A stretch of 64,000 bases of DNA from a virus. The first letter of the stretch is position 1; every line of letters starts with the position of its first letter. The stretch covers positions 59,562-123,561 of the IMG/VR virus record IMGVR_UViG_3300025652_009361; one strand, 5' to 3'. Positions 37,623 through 47,774 of this stretch are shown in pieces. The notes beneath the pieces are model-generated. The model saw only the letters and a list, made by a program, of their open reading frames with translations. It was not told the DNA's origin and searched no databases. Position numbers and translations under genes: made by a program.

Positions 37623-38392
37623 TTCGATGCTATGTTGTTAAATGTTTCTTGTATTCCAGTTAACAAGCCTTTGTAGTTAATATTTAAATTTGTATGCTGA
37701 CCTACATAATTTTCTGCTTTTTGTTCGCTGCAATTTATATCTACTTTGTGATCTCCAAGGGAATTTATGTGCTCCGCAATATTTTTAAGCGTATAAGAGT
37801 AATTGTAAGAACAATCTATCTCTTTAGGGGGGGTAGGATATTTTAAGTAGAAATCAATTAAAGAAATTAAATCACCCATGTAAAAGAAGTCCATTTTTTT
37901 GTCTTCGTGAATCTCTATGGGTTTTTTGTTAATATAATTATTGATTGACCTTTTTATAAATCTAGTAGGCAATTCGTTATTGTCGAATACTCCAAAAATT
38001 CTTATGTTAAAAAAGTTTTTTTTATGCATTATGGATTCCCTTATTACTTTCTTGCTTAAGCCATAATAAGAATCGCTATTGTATATTTCGGCTCCAGATC
38101 CAAAATGAATAAATTTATTATAATTGCTTTTATTTTCTAGTAGATTGTAATAGCAGTTTAAATTATTATCTAATGTTTCACTGCTATCACTTTTTAGTCT
38201 AATACCACCTTCTATTGCTGTATGGATTACTGCATCAAAAAACCCATTTCTGTGGAAAAATAAATCAACATCTTTTTTGTTTTTTAAGTCTATGTTTTGC
38301 CTGTTTATTTTTACTAATTCATTATCTTTCTGCAAATAAGAAATTAAACTGGAAGCTATATATCCATTTGATCCTGTAATTAAAATTTTCAT
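37619..38392 (-). CDS. NAD-dependent epimerase/reductase (extended SDR)
   Basis: ITGSNGYIA, FGSGAE, YGLSK, RIFGVF. Confidence 0.85.
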   Translation of the reverse strand: MKILITGSNGYIASSLISYLQKDNELVKINRQNIDLKNKKDVDLFFHRNGFFDAVIHTAIEGGIRLKSDSSETLDNNLNCYYNLLENKSNYNKFIHFGSGAEIYNSDSYYGLSKKVIRESIMHKKNFFNIRIFGVFDNNELPTRFIKRSINNYINKKPIEIHEDKKMDFFYMGDLISLIDFYLKYPTPPKEIDCSYNYSYTLKNIAEHINSLGDHKVDINCSEQKAENYVGQHTNLNINYKGLLTGIQETFNNIASK

Positions 38393-38402
38393 CGCGATTA
38401 GT

Positions 38403-39416
38403 TTAATTAGGTAGTTCGCTGTTTTTTATATTTTTAGCGATTTGTAATATAAGATCTTCTTGTCCTGCTACTAATTTTCTATTGCCCAATTCAAAAATTA
38501 AAGAACTGTATTCTATGCCGTTTAATTTCGAAGCCTTAATGATTGGCTTTTCAAAGCCAGAAAATATTTTATTGAGTCCTGTTAACACATTGATTGGAGA
38601 TACTATAGGGATTTTTTTAACTAAGTAGTTTATGGAGTCATCAGCTTCAGTTATTATTTTGTTAAAATCAATATCTGTTTTGTATCCATACTTATTTAAT
38701 ACGGGAACAAGGATTTCAAGCTGGGCATTACCAGCTCCAGCGCCAAACCCTCTTATACATACATCAACAATAGAAGCTCCATTAAGAGCAGCGGTTACGG
38801 AATTATAAACAGCGCAGCCTAAATTATTGTGTCCATGAAATCCTATTTTAATATTTAAATTATCTTTAAGGCCTCGGATTCTTTCAGATACATCTTCAGG
38901 AAGGTATGTTCCTGTAGAATCCATAATTATGACAGCTTCTGCTCCATAATCTTGCATTTTTTTAGCTTCATTTATCAAAGTAACCGTATCAGCTAAAGCC
39001 GTCATCATTAAAACACCAAAAACAGTTTTTTGTTTATTTTTTAAGTATTCTATATGCGTTTTCGTTATAGACGCCTCGGTGCAATGCGAAGCGACTCTAA
39101 AGATGTCCACTCCTAGATCTATAGCTTTGCTTATGTCGTTTTTAATAGTTGATATGCCCGGTATACTGTGAACACATAATTTTGTGTTTTTTAAATGTTT
39201 TTTAGCGGAGACAATCATTTGTTCGTCAGTATAATCGGATTGTCCTATTAATAAAGATGAAGCTCCAAGTCCGTTGCCGTGACCGACTTCAATAATTGGA
39301 ATTTTAGATAATTCTGCAAAACGACAGTATTTTTCAATTTGAGGTAAAGATATTTTATGAGATACAGCATGGTTACCATCTCTTAATGTATGATCGCTTA
39401 ATATAATGTCATTCAT
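38403..39416 (-). CDS. dmpG: 4-hydroxy-2-oxovalerate aldolase (DmpG/MhpE-like)
   Basis: TLRDGNH, IEVGHGNGLGASS, RVASHCTEA, GFHGHNNLG, GAGAGN, LVAGQED. Start adjusted to ATG 39416. Confidence 0.92.
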   Translation of the reverse strand: MNDIILSDHTLRDGNHAVSHKISLPQIEKYCRFAELSKIPIIEVGHGNGLGASSLLIGQSDYTDEQMIVSAKKHLKNTKLCVHSIPGISTIKNDISKAIDLGVDIFRVASHCTEASITKTHIEYLKNKQKTVFGVLMMTALADTVTLINEAKKMQDYGAEAVIIMDSTGTYLPEDVSERIRGLKDNLNIKIGFHGHNNLGCAVYNSVTAALNGASIVDVCIRGFGAGAGNAQLEILVPVLNKYGYKTDIDFNKIITEADDSINYLVKKIPIVSPINVLTGLNKIFSGFEKPIIKASKLNGIEYSSLIFELGNRKLVAGQEDLILQIAKNIKNSELPN

Positions 39417-40264
39417 AATAATTTTTCTGATACTTTTAGAGCAGCGCAATTTATTATATCAAGATTTCCAGCGTATTCAGGAAGATAATCTCCTGCACCA
39501 TTGACTTTCACGTTTATTATAAATATGTCATCGTTTATTATTGGCAAAGATGTTAGTTCGTAATTTGGGACATAACTTTTAATTTGTTTAATTTTACAGT
39601 CTATTTTAGATAGTAAATTTTCACTCTTAACTGTTTTGAATTTTAAAAACATTGTTGTTTGCATATTTACGCACGGTTCTGCTGGGTTAAGGTTTAAAAT
39701 AACTTTGCAGTTTTTAACGTTTGTGAATTTTTTTACAGCTTTTTCTGTTGTGTGTATATATTCATCTATATTTAGTCTAGTCGCCATTCCGGCACTTTTA
39801 GAAGCTACCTGAGAAACAATTTCAATGTACTCTAAATCTTCACAATTATCGCTTATTAAATGAAGTAAAGGTATTGAAGCTTGACCTCCACATGTTATCA
39901 TATTGACGTTATTTTCATTTAAGATGATGTCATCATTAATAAAAGGAACGCAAAGTTCACCTATTTTGGCGGGAGTCAAATCCACCGTTTTAATGTCTTG
40001 TTTTTTAAATTCTTCGTAATTAATGGCCGCAGAAAAAGCGTCTGTGCAATCAAAAACAAGATCACATATCTTGCTATTTTTTTTAAAAAAATTTATACCT
40101 TCAGTAGAAGTATCTACTCCTAATTTTTTAGCTTTTTTTATACCTTCTGAATCTTGTCGCCTCCCTACAAAAATAATAGGTGTGATAAATTTAGATTTTA
40201 AACACTTAATCAATAAGTCGGTGCCGATATTTCCGGTCCCTATAATTCCTGCTTTTATACTCAT
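39413..40264 (-). CDS. dmpF: Acetaldehyde dehydrogenase (acylating) (DmpF/MhpF-like)
   Basis: IIGTGNIGTDL, DLTPA, NVNMITCGGQASIP, GAGDYLPEYAGNLDII. Confidence 0.93.
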   Translation of the reverse strand: MSIKAGIIGTGNIGTDLLIKCLKSKFITPIIFVGRRQDSEGIKKAKKLGVDTSTEGINFFKKNSKICDLVFDCTDAFSAAINYEEFKKQDIKTVDLTPAKIGELCVPFINDDIILNENNVNMITCGGQASIPLLHLISDNCEDLEYIEIVSQVASKSAGMATRLNIDEYIHTTEKAVKKFTNVKNCKVILNLNPAEPCVNMQTTMFLKFKTVKSENLLSKIDCKIKQIKSYVPNYELTSLPIINDDIFIINVKVNGAGDYLPEYAGNLDIINCAALKVSEKLL

Positions 40265-42060
40265 CGTGCTATTTGTTTTGATTTTTCATTTATTCCAGAA
40301 ATCATATTTTCTTTAACTTCGTTATATGGAAGAAGTGGAGACATTTCTTCTATAGGTGGAGCAAAAATTGTATTGCATTTTGTTTTTATACCTTTTACTT
40401 TAGGAATAAATTCTTGCTCTGGGTCCATATATACTTCGCAAACACTTGGGCCTTTATAATTTAAGAATGATTTTATGTTTTTGTCAAAATCTTCCCATTT
40501 TTTTATGCGGTAATACGGAAAGCCAAATGCATTTGATATTTTTTTGAAGTGAGGCAGTGAAAGCCCAGTATCAGCGTTGACTCCATTATAATCACCATTA
40601 AATAACATTTTTTGAGTGTGCTTAATCATTAGATAGCCATCATTATTAAATATAATTATTTTGATTGGTAAGTTATGATGTTTTATTGTTTGTAATTCTT
40701 GAAGATTCATCATAATTCCTCCATCGCAATTTAAGCAAATTATATTTTTATTTAAATCAGTGAAAGAAGCGCCTATGGCTCCCGGTAACCCATAGCCCAT
40801 TTCGCCTAGACCTAACGAAGTGAACATTTTTTGGCCATCTTTAATTTTTATGGCGTAATGACCACTTAGTAATGCTGTTCCCATGTCGGTAACAATAATA
40901 TCTGTATTGTTTAGTTTATCGCTTAGTTTGTCTATAAATTCATAAGAATTGATGTATTTATTAGATTTATGTTCTGGTATAATTCTTGGGTATTTTGATT
41001 TTATTTTTTTACAATATGTAGTCCATTGGCGCTTATCGTTTTCGTAATTTGTTTCTTTAAGTAAGTTTTTGATTAATGTTTTTGAATTTGTAGTAAGTAA
41101 AGTGTGTTTTTTCGTTTTATTTTTAGAGCTTTCATTAATGTCAATATCGTTGATTATCAATTCAGCTTTGGGAGCAAAATCTCTCACATCGTACCCTGTT
41201 TGAAGTAAAGATAATCTACTGCCTAGAACAATAACTAAATCACTATTTTGTATTATAAAATTAGAAGACCTTTGCCCTTGGACTCCGAATCGACCATAAT
41301 TATGATCATTATCATCAGGTAAAAGATCGATTGCTGACCAAGTTAATAAAGTAGGAATTTGTAATTTATTAACTAAATCAACAAATAAATCGCTCGCACC
41401 AGACGTTCTGACTCCATGCCCCCCTATCAAAACAGGTCGAGAAGATGATTTTAGCTTTTTATATATGTTTTTGCAAAATGAATCAGGAATTAAATCTTGT
41501 TTATTTTGGGGTTTATTTTCTTTATGGCCGTCTTTATATTCTTTAGATTGCACATCAAATGGTAAATCTAACCATACAGGGCCGCATCTACCCTGAAAAG
41601 ATATTGAAAACGCATTTTTTAATTCTAAGTATATATCATCTGTGGTTGAGAGGGTTTTAGAATATTTGGTTACTTTTTTTACAGAATATGGAGAGTCATA
41701 ACCTTGGACGCCATACATTCTTAAGTTTTTGTGATTTTGCAAAAAATTTTCTTGTTCTTGACCTGAAATTATTAAACCGGGAATTGAGTCTGCCCAATTG
41801 CTAATTACTCCAGTCAAAGCATTTGAAGATCCAGCCCCAGCAGTTACTAAAGCTACAGATGGCTTGCCGCTAGCTCGAAAATAAGCTCCCATAGCCATAA
41901 CAGCAGATTGTTCGTGGTGAACATAAACTATTTCTGTATATCCTAGTTTATTTATAGAATCAAAAATATGAGAATTAGCTGAACCAATAATTCCGAAAGC
42001 ATGTTTTATTCCTTTTTCTTTGAGGAATTTTGCTATCACATCGCTATTTCTTTTTTTCAT
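40261..42060 (-). CDS. ThDP-dependent carboligase (YerE/acetolactate-synthase-like) with CDG motif
   Basis: HHEQSA, AGAGSSN, GPVWLDLP, GEMGYGLPGAIG, LNCDGGIMMNLQEL...FNNDGY. Start adjusted to ATG 42060. Confidence 0.9.
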   Translation of the reverse strand: MKKRNSDVIAKFLKEKGIKHAFGIIGSANSHIFDSINKLGYTEIVYVHHEQSAVMAMGAYFRASGKPSVALVTAGAGSSNALTGVISNWADSIPGLIISGQEQENFLQNHKNLRMYGVQGYDSPYSVKKVTKYSKTLSTTDDIYLELKNAFSISFQGRCGPVWLDLPFDVQSKEYKDGHKENKPQNKQDLIPDSFCKNIYKKLKSSSRPVLIGGHGVRTSGASDLFVDLVNKLQIPTLLTWSAIDLLPDDNDHNYGRFGVQGQRSSNFIIQNSDLVIVLGSRLSLLQTGYDVRDFAPKAELIINDIDINESSKNKTKKHTLLTTNSKTLIKNLLKETNYENDKRQWTTYCKKIKSKYPRIIPEHKSNKYINSYEFIDKLSDKLNNTDIIVTDMGTALLSGHYAIKIKDGQKMFTSLGLGEMGYGLPGAIGASFTDLNKNIICLNCDGGIMMNLQELQTIKHHNLPIKIIIFNNDGYLMIKHTQKMLFNGDYNGVNADTGLSLPHFKKISNAFGFPYYRIKKWEDFDKNIKSFLNYKGPSVCEVYMDPEQEFIPKVKGIKTKCNTIFAPPIEEMSPLLPYNEVKENMISGINEKSKQIAR

Positions 42061-42076
42061 ATTTATTATTTTTATG

Positions 42077-43027
42077 TTACCATATAAATTTGTTTTTGTA
42101 AAATTCAACTATCGCTGGTAATTCTTTTGAAAAATCTTTGCTAGTTGACCAACCTAATTTTTGAATCTTTTGATCATTTAGGGCGTATCTAATATCTTGG
42201 CCGACTCTAGAATAAGATAAATCTAAATAATCCTCAGTGTCAACTTCTTTATTGAAATACGAATTTATGATACTTTGAACGGCTTTAAAATTACTTAATT
42301 CAAACCCGCCACAAATATTGTATATTTCATTTTCTTCTCCTTTTTCAATTATTTTGAGAGTAGCTTCGGCTGAGTCTTCTGCATGAAGCCAGTTTCTTAT
42401 GGGGGAGCCATTATTGTGTAATGGTATTTTTCTATTGAGAGATAAAAATTTAATTGATTTAGGTATTAGTTTCTCGACATATTGACCTATTCCATAATTG
42501 TTAGTTAGTCTGAGTATATTATATTTGATTCCATAAGTCCTAGACCAAGCTAAAATTAACATATCAGCAGCCGCTTTAGTTGCTGAATAAGGGTTGCTTG
42601 GTTTCAATAAATCAGATTCGATATGCTCTCCTTCAGTTATATCGCCGTAAACTTCATCCGTACTAAAGTGAATTAATCTAGGTTTATGATTATTTTCTTG
42701 TCTGTAATTTTTTAAAAGATTTAAAATATTATAAACACCATTAATATTAGAGCTGATGAAATCGTCACTATTAGTTATCGAATTGCCGACATGAGTTTCG
42801 GCTCCAATATTTATGAAGTAATCACAATCATACAAAAATTTAATATCATTTATGTCTTTTCTTTCGAAAATAAAATTACTGTGATCGTTAAATTCTTTTA
42901 ACAGTGAAAAATCAGAAGCGTAAGTTCCTTTGTCTACGCCTCTAACATGCCATCCTCTTTCTAGACACTTTCTTGTAACATATGACCCTATAAAGCCTAA
43001 ACATCCCGTAATATAAACTATTTTCAT
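42077..43027 (-). CDS. NDP-glucose 4,6-dehydratase (RmlB-like)
   Basis: GCLGFIGS, DKGTYA, AETHV, STDEVYG, PYSATKAA, NNYG..Q..EKLIP, RNWLH. Confidence 0.9.
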   Translation of the reverse strand: MKIVYITGCLGFIGSYVTRKCLERGWHVRGVDKGTYASDFSLLKEFNDHSNFIFERKDINDIKFLYDCDYFINIGAETHVGNSITNSDDFISSNINGVYNILNLLKNYRQENNHKPRLIHFSTDEVYGDITEGEHIESDLLKPSNPYSATKAAADMLILAWSRTYGIKYNILRLTNNYGIGQYVEKLIPKSIKFLSLNRKIPLHNNGSPIRNWLHAEDSAEATLKIIEKGEENEIYNICGGFELSNFKAVQSIINSYFNKEVDTEDYLDLSYSRVGQDIRYALNDQKIQKLGWSTSKDFSKELPAIVEFYKNKFIW

Positions 43028-44346
43028 ATGTTTTTTATAATAAATTTATTAAGTGTTTTTTCGATATAACTGATTTGATCTTCTGTTATTACTGGACTAG
43101 TCCCGAGAAAAAATGTATCTGTTGTGACTTTTCTTGAAACTGGATACTTTTTGATCACATTTTCCGTGTTCATTATGCCGGAATATGCTGGTTGAAGCAT
43201 TATGTTACCGGCAAAATAGGGACGCGTTTGTATTTTATTATCTTCAAAATATTGAATAATGTCTTTTCTTTTGAATTTACAGTTATTTTTAAGTGTTATT
43301 GCGAACGCAAACCAGCTAGGATCTGATTTAGCTGTAGCTCTTGGTATATGGAATAAATCTTCATATTTTTCAAAAACTTTCGTTAGTAAGGAATGGTTTC
43401 TTTTTCTTAGGGAAACTATTTCATCTAGTTTTTCTATTTGAGCTAATCCTATGCTTGCTTGCAACTCTATGGGTTTTAAATTATACCCTATTTCATCGTA
43501 AACATATTTATGATCAAATTCTTCATCAGGCAATGCAGGTAGCCAATTAGAAAATCTTTTACCGCAAGATCCGTTTTTTAAGAGGTTTGCTTTTTTACCA
43601 ACACAATAACAACCTCTGCCCCATTCTCTAAAACTTCTGGCTATTATTTCTTGCTGTTTGTTTTTTGTTGCGACAAATCCTCCTTCGCCCATAGTTATAT
43701 GGTGTGCTGGATAAAAACTACAACTAGCCATTTCACCGAAGCTGCCTAAATATTTACCATCATAGGTGCTACATAATGCATCGCAGCAATCTTCTAGTAA
43801 TATTAAATTATTGCTTTCTACGATTTGCATTAGTTGGTCCATGTTAGGTGGATTTCCTAAAACGTGAGCAAAAGTTATAATTTTAGCCCCACTCTTAACA
43901 GCTTCTTCAACTTGATTTAAATCTAAGTTTAAACTATCTATTTCTATATCGACAAATACTGGTTCAAAACCTACTTGAAAAATGGGATTTATTGTCGTAG
44001 GGAAACCTGCTATTGGAGTTATAACTTTAGTTCTTTTTGGAAAATTATACAACCTTTTAGATGTCATTGATGACATCATTATAAGATTAGAACTGCTTCC
44101 ACTATTTGTTAAGATTCCATAATTTTTGTTAAAATATTTTGGAAATTTATTTTCAAATCTTATAGAGTCTTGTCCTAAGGCGAGCCAACCACTTAGTAAA
44201 GATTTAGTAGCTTGAGTATATTCTTCGCTTGAAAAAAACGGACCAGCATATTGGACCCAATCAACTCCTTCTGTCCATTTTTTTTCATTATTTTTTTCTT
44301 CAGTATATTCTGAAATAAGTTGTAAAATAGTTTCTAGCTTGTCCAT
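43024..44346 (-). CDS. rfbH: NDP-4-keto-6-deoxyglucose 3-dehydratase E1 (RfbH/DdhC-like)
   Basis: NSGSSSNL, GFPTTINP, AHVLGNP, EDCCDAL, SFYPAHHITMGEGG, WGRGCYC...CGKRF, DHKY. Confidence 0.92.
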   Translation of the reverse strand: MDKLETILQLISEYTEEKNNEKKWTEGVDWVQYAGPFFSSEEYTQATKSLLSGWLALGQDSIRFENKFPKYFNKNYGILTNSGSSSNLIMMSSMTSKRLYNFPKRTKVITPIAGFPTTINPIFQVGFEPVFVDIEIDSLNLDLNQVEEAVKSGAKIITFAHVLGNPPNMDQLMQIVESNNLILLEDCCDALCSTYDGKYLGSFGEMASCSFYPAHHITMGEGGFVATKNKQQEIIARSFREWGRGCYCVGKKANLLKNGSCGKRFSNWLPALPDEEFDHKYVYDEIGYNLKPIELQASIGLAQIEKLDEIVSLRKRNHSLLTKVFEKYEDLFHIPRATAKSDPSWFAFAITLKNNCKFKRKDIIQYFEDNKIQTRPYFAGNIMLQPAYSGIMNTENVIKKYPVSRKVTTDTFFLGTSPVITEDQISYIEKTLNKFIIKNI

Positions 44347-45059
44347 TTATCTCTCCATTTTTTTTGAATTAATTTGTCATATTTTATTTCATCTTGCTGC
44401 ATTTTCCAAGTAGCTTGATTTTCATGCATTCTATACATATAACCTAACCACGATTTAGTGTTGTGAATGTAATGTCCTTTATCAATAATTTGACAATAAA
44501 GATCATAATCATTAGCTCCCGAATATTTTAGAGGATTAGTAGATAATTCTCCTGATTTCATAATAGAAGAATTATAAAAAACAGTTGGGGTGCTAATGTA
44601 GCAGCCTGTTAATAGTTTTGATTTTAAGTCTTCAATATTAGAATAGTTAAAATTAACGAGCGTGTTTTCGTGCCCTTCAGAAAGAATATCAGTATACCAT
44701 TGATTGCTAGATTGCAAAAAATTAGCATTTAGCTGTTTTAAATATTTAACATTTTTACTGATATAATCAGTTTTTATTTTATCATCAGAGCCTATTATTG
44801 TGTAGTATTCACCTGTCAGTATTTGCTTGGCTGTGTCTAAGCATTCGTCCCAACATCTTGGGTATATATTTTCAGCCGTATCAAAAATAAAGTTACTTGA
44901 TTTATATAATTCTTTTATCTTTTTAACGCTGTTGTCTTTACTTTCGTTATCGATAACTATGATTTCATAATCATTGTAGTCTTGATTTAAGCATGAGTTT
45001 ATGCACTCCTGAATGTAATTTTCAGAATTATAACATGGAATTACTATGGAGATTTTCAT
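44334..45059 (-). CDS. Glycosyltransferase family 2
   Basis: ISIVIPCYNSE, IIVIDNES, GSDD, DYDL. Confidence 0.9.
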   Translation of the reverse strand: MKISIVIPCYNSENYIQECINSCLNQDYNDYEIIVIDNESKDNSVKKIKELYKSSNFIFDTAENIYPRCWDECLDTAKQILTGEYYTIIGSDDKIKTDYISKNVKYLKQLNANFLQSSNQWYTDILSEGHENTLVNFNYSNIEDLKSKLLTGCYISTPTVFYNSSIMKSGELSTNPLKYSGANDYDLYCQIIDKGHYIHNTKSWLGYMYRMHENQATWKMQQDEIKYDKLIQKKWRDKWTS

Positions 45060-45958
45060 TTTGTAATGCTTAACAATTTTTGAACTCTATTTATGTAAGT
45101 ATGATTAGATTCGACAAAATCAATATTTTGTTTTTTTATCTGTCTTAGCTGATCTGGGTTCATACTGCAATATTCTTTAGTTTTTTCAATTAATTTTTGA
45201 GGGTCGTTAGATAAGTAAACGTCTGGAAATAAAGATTTAACTTGATTTACTTCATCGCACACTAATAGGCCATTAATACCTAAAGATTTAAAAGTTCTTT
45301 CATTGCTGTCATAGCCTAAAACTCTTTGATAGGCATCATGAATATTAAGAGAAACTTTTGATCTTATAATTACTTCATTTTCTAATTCATGAGATATGTT
45401 GTGACCAACAGAAAAAGCGCATTTTAAACCAGATTCCATAAAAGCGTTAAGAATATTATTCATGATAGGGATTTTTTCTGAAAGACCATTATCTACAGAA
45501 GCGCCTACAAAGCAAATATCATATTGATAGTTATCATCAGTTCTAACTAAATAATTTATGTTATCGAAAGCTAAGGGTAAAGAAATAGTGTTGCTCCATT
45601 TAAAATGATGTTTGGTTTCGGAGGAAAAAGTCCATTTAAAAACATTACTGAGAGAATTAACTTTATCGATTAAATTATCCGGTATAGATGTTAGGTAGGC
45701 AGAATGATTACCCCAAGGCTCTGGAAATTTATTAGGTTGAACAAATAAATAAGTAGAATAACTATTTTTCATTTTATCAATAGTATTTTCATTCAGCATA
45801 GCTTCAGTGCAAAGAAGTCTATATTTTTCTTTTGTCTTTATTTCATCAAGGCTATTAATAAAAACAACGTTTTGATCTAAATATGCGAAAGCGTGGGCGT
45901 AACCGTTGTAAATCCATTTTCCTGCGTAATGAGGATGTTTTTGTATGTATGTTAACAT
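45056..45958 (-). CDS. Glycosyltransferase (CgeB/Glyco_trans_1_2-like)
   Basis: YDICFVG, SKVSLNIH, NERTF, NHTYINRV. Confidence 0.82.
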   Translation of the reverse strand: MLTYIQKHPHYAGKWIYNGYAHAFAYLDQNVVFINSLDEIKTKEKYRLLCTEAMLNENTIDKMKNSYSTYLFVQPNKFPEPWGNHSAYLTSIPDNLIDKVNSLSNVFKWTFSSETKHHFKWSNTISLPLAFDNINYLVRTDDNYQYDICFVGASVDNGLSEKIPIMNNILNAFMESGLKCAFSVGHNISHELENEVIIRSKVSLNIHDAYQRVLGYDSNERTFKSLGINGLLVCDEVNQVKSLFPDVYLSNDPQKLIEKTKEYCSMNPDQLRQIKKQNIDFVESNHTYINRVQKLLSITK

Positions 45959-46863
45959 AAAGAATTTATATTTCTTAAGGTTTTCTCTAGTCTAATTTTA
46001 GATGTATGATCTTTTAAGAATCTTTGTCGCCCCATCTCAGATATTTTTAACCTTGAAGTTTCATTTTTTAAATAAAAATTGATTATGTCTATAGCTTCTT
46101 CTGGTGTATTAAAAACTTCTATTTCTTTTTTGGGTTCATAATACATTTCTAAGTTTTTGACGTTTTCTGTAACTAGTAAAGATTGGCTGCATGTAGACTC
46201 AAAAATTCTAAGTTTCATTTGAGTTTTTTTCTCAGGATCATTATCATTGACAGTAGGATTAATAGCTATTTTACAAGAACTGTAAAATTCAATCAAATCT
46301 TCATAAGATAAATCAATAGCACAAGATATATTTTTATTTAATTTTTGAAAAAAAGACTCTCTTTTTTGAGTTATTCCTCCGCAAAAACCTATGTCATATA
46401 AAGGACTGCTTTGAATAAAAAGTTTTTCATTGCAATGCCACTGACCTAGAATTATATTTTTGTAACCATCCTCTTTATATTTTTCTATGTGATCAAACTC
46501 TGGAGTAGAGCATACTGAAAAATTATTACAAATATGTTTTGAGAAATCATTATATCTCCATGAATCATCGCAAAACCAATTAAAAGTAATTATATTTCCT
46601 TTTTGGGTGATTTCTTTTATATCACTGATTTCTGGTTCATTTGGAGTTATAAACTTATTGCCTGTTATGCAACAAAAAATTAAGTCTGGTTTGAAAGTTT
46701 CAACGGTTTTTTTGAAATTATTAAGAGCTTTAGAAGATGTGTCGTAAAAAAGAACATCATGGCCCAATTCCAGCATAGGAATATAAAGGTTGAAGTAACC
46801 GCTATCAAATTTATGACGGTTATTTCTGGCTAAGGTTTTATTTATTACTAATAAAATTTTCAT
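45952..46863 (-). CDS. Glycosyltransferase (CgeB/Glyco_trans_1_2-like)
   Basis: WFCDDSWR, DIGFCG, KLRIFE, HTSKIRL. Confidence 0.82.
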   Translation of the reverse strand: MKILLVINKTLARNNRHKFDSGYFNLYIPMLELGHDVLFYDTSSKALNNFKKTVETFKPDLIFCCITGNKFITPNEPEISDIKEITQKGNIITFNWFCDDSWRYNDFSKHICNNFSVCSTPEFDHIEKYKEDGYKNIILGQWHCNEKLFIQSSPLYDIGFCGGITQKRESFFQKLNKNISCAIDLSYEDLIEFYSSCKIAINPTVNDNDPEKKTQMKLRIFESTCSQSLLVTENVKNLEMYYEPKKEIEVFNTPEEAIDIINFYLKNETSRLKISEMGRQRFLKDHTSKIRLEKTLRNINSLC

Positions 46864-46961
46864 ATCCTAAAACTCTTATACTTTAGTTTTCATACGCAAA
46901 AGTAAGAAAAGCTTCATGAGGTCCATGAAGGCTTAAAGCTTATTATTTTTTAATGTCAGTT

Positions 46962-47771
46962 TTATTTTCTAAGCTTTTTAATTATTGGGACTTCGCTTTC
47001 ATAAACTTCTTTATTGCCGTTGCCGATCATTTTGCTTACCTTAAATAAAGCGTCAGTTAATTTTGAAATGTCCTCTATCGAAGCTGACTGATCAGAACCA
47101 TACATTGTTCTATCTTGCGTTACATGAAATTCAATACATTCTGACTCCATTACGCAAGCTCCAACACAGGCATCATGACCGTTATAATGGTTGGAAAAAC
47201 CAATTTTATAATCGGGGTATAATTTTTTAAGTGTGTTTATATATTTTAAATTAACTTCGTTTTCTTTAGTGGGGTAAGTACTTGTACAGGCTAAAATGTA
47301 TTCTACATTATTCAATACTTGTAAGGCATGTTCGATTTGATTCGAATCACTCATGCCGGTAGAAACTATTACTGGTTTTTCAGTTGAATTAAGTTTTTGC
47401 AAAAACTCGTCGTTTGTTAAAAGCGCTGAAGCAATTTTGTGGTATTTTACATTACAATTTTTTTCTACAAAATCAATACTCTTTAAATCCCAACATGAAA
47501 CAATAAAATCCAAACCTAAAGATTCAGAAAACTTTTCTAATTCTTTATATTCGCTTTCGTTAAATTCTAATCCCTCTTTTTGCTGTCTGAAAGTGGTTCC
47601 CCAAGGAGATTTTCTTTTAGATTCTAGCTCTTCTTTAGTGTAGACTGAATCAATGTCTCTTTTTTGCAGTTTCACAGCGTTGCATTTTGCTTCTGATGAT
47701 TTTTTTATTAAGTCTTTAGCTATATTAATATCACCATTATGGTTTATTCCGATTTCTGCTATAATATACAT
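46962..47771 (-). CDS. NeuB-family ulosonic acid synthase (no C-terminal SAF domain)
   Basis: IIAEIGINHNGD, VKLQ, KIAS, VSTGMS, CTSTYP, GFSNH, IEFHVT, GSDQSAS. Confidence 0.9.
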   Translation of the reverse strand: MYIIAEIGINHNGDINIAKDLIKKSSEAKCNAVKLQKRDIDSVYTKEELESKRKSPWGTTFRQQKEGLEFNESEYKELEKFSESLGLDFIVSCWDLKSIDFVEKNCNVKYHKIASALLTNDEFLQKLNSTEKPVIVSTGMSDSNQIEHALQVLNNVEYILACTSTYPTKENEVNLKYINTLKKLYPDYKIGFSNHYNGHDACVGACVMESECIEFHVTQDRTMYGSDQSASIEDISKLTDALFKVSKMIGNGNKEVYESEVPIIKKLRK

Positions 47772-47774
47772 AAA

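Noticed and set aside
38403-40264. Aromatic meta-cleavage pathway AMGs
   Set aside because: No dioxygenase, hydrolase or hydratase. The genes are embedded in and translationally coupled to NDP-sugar genes.
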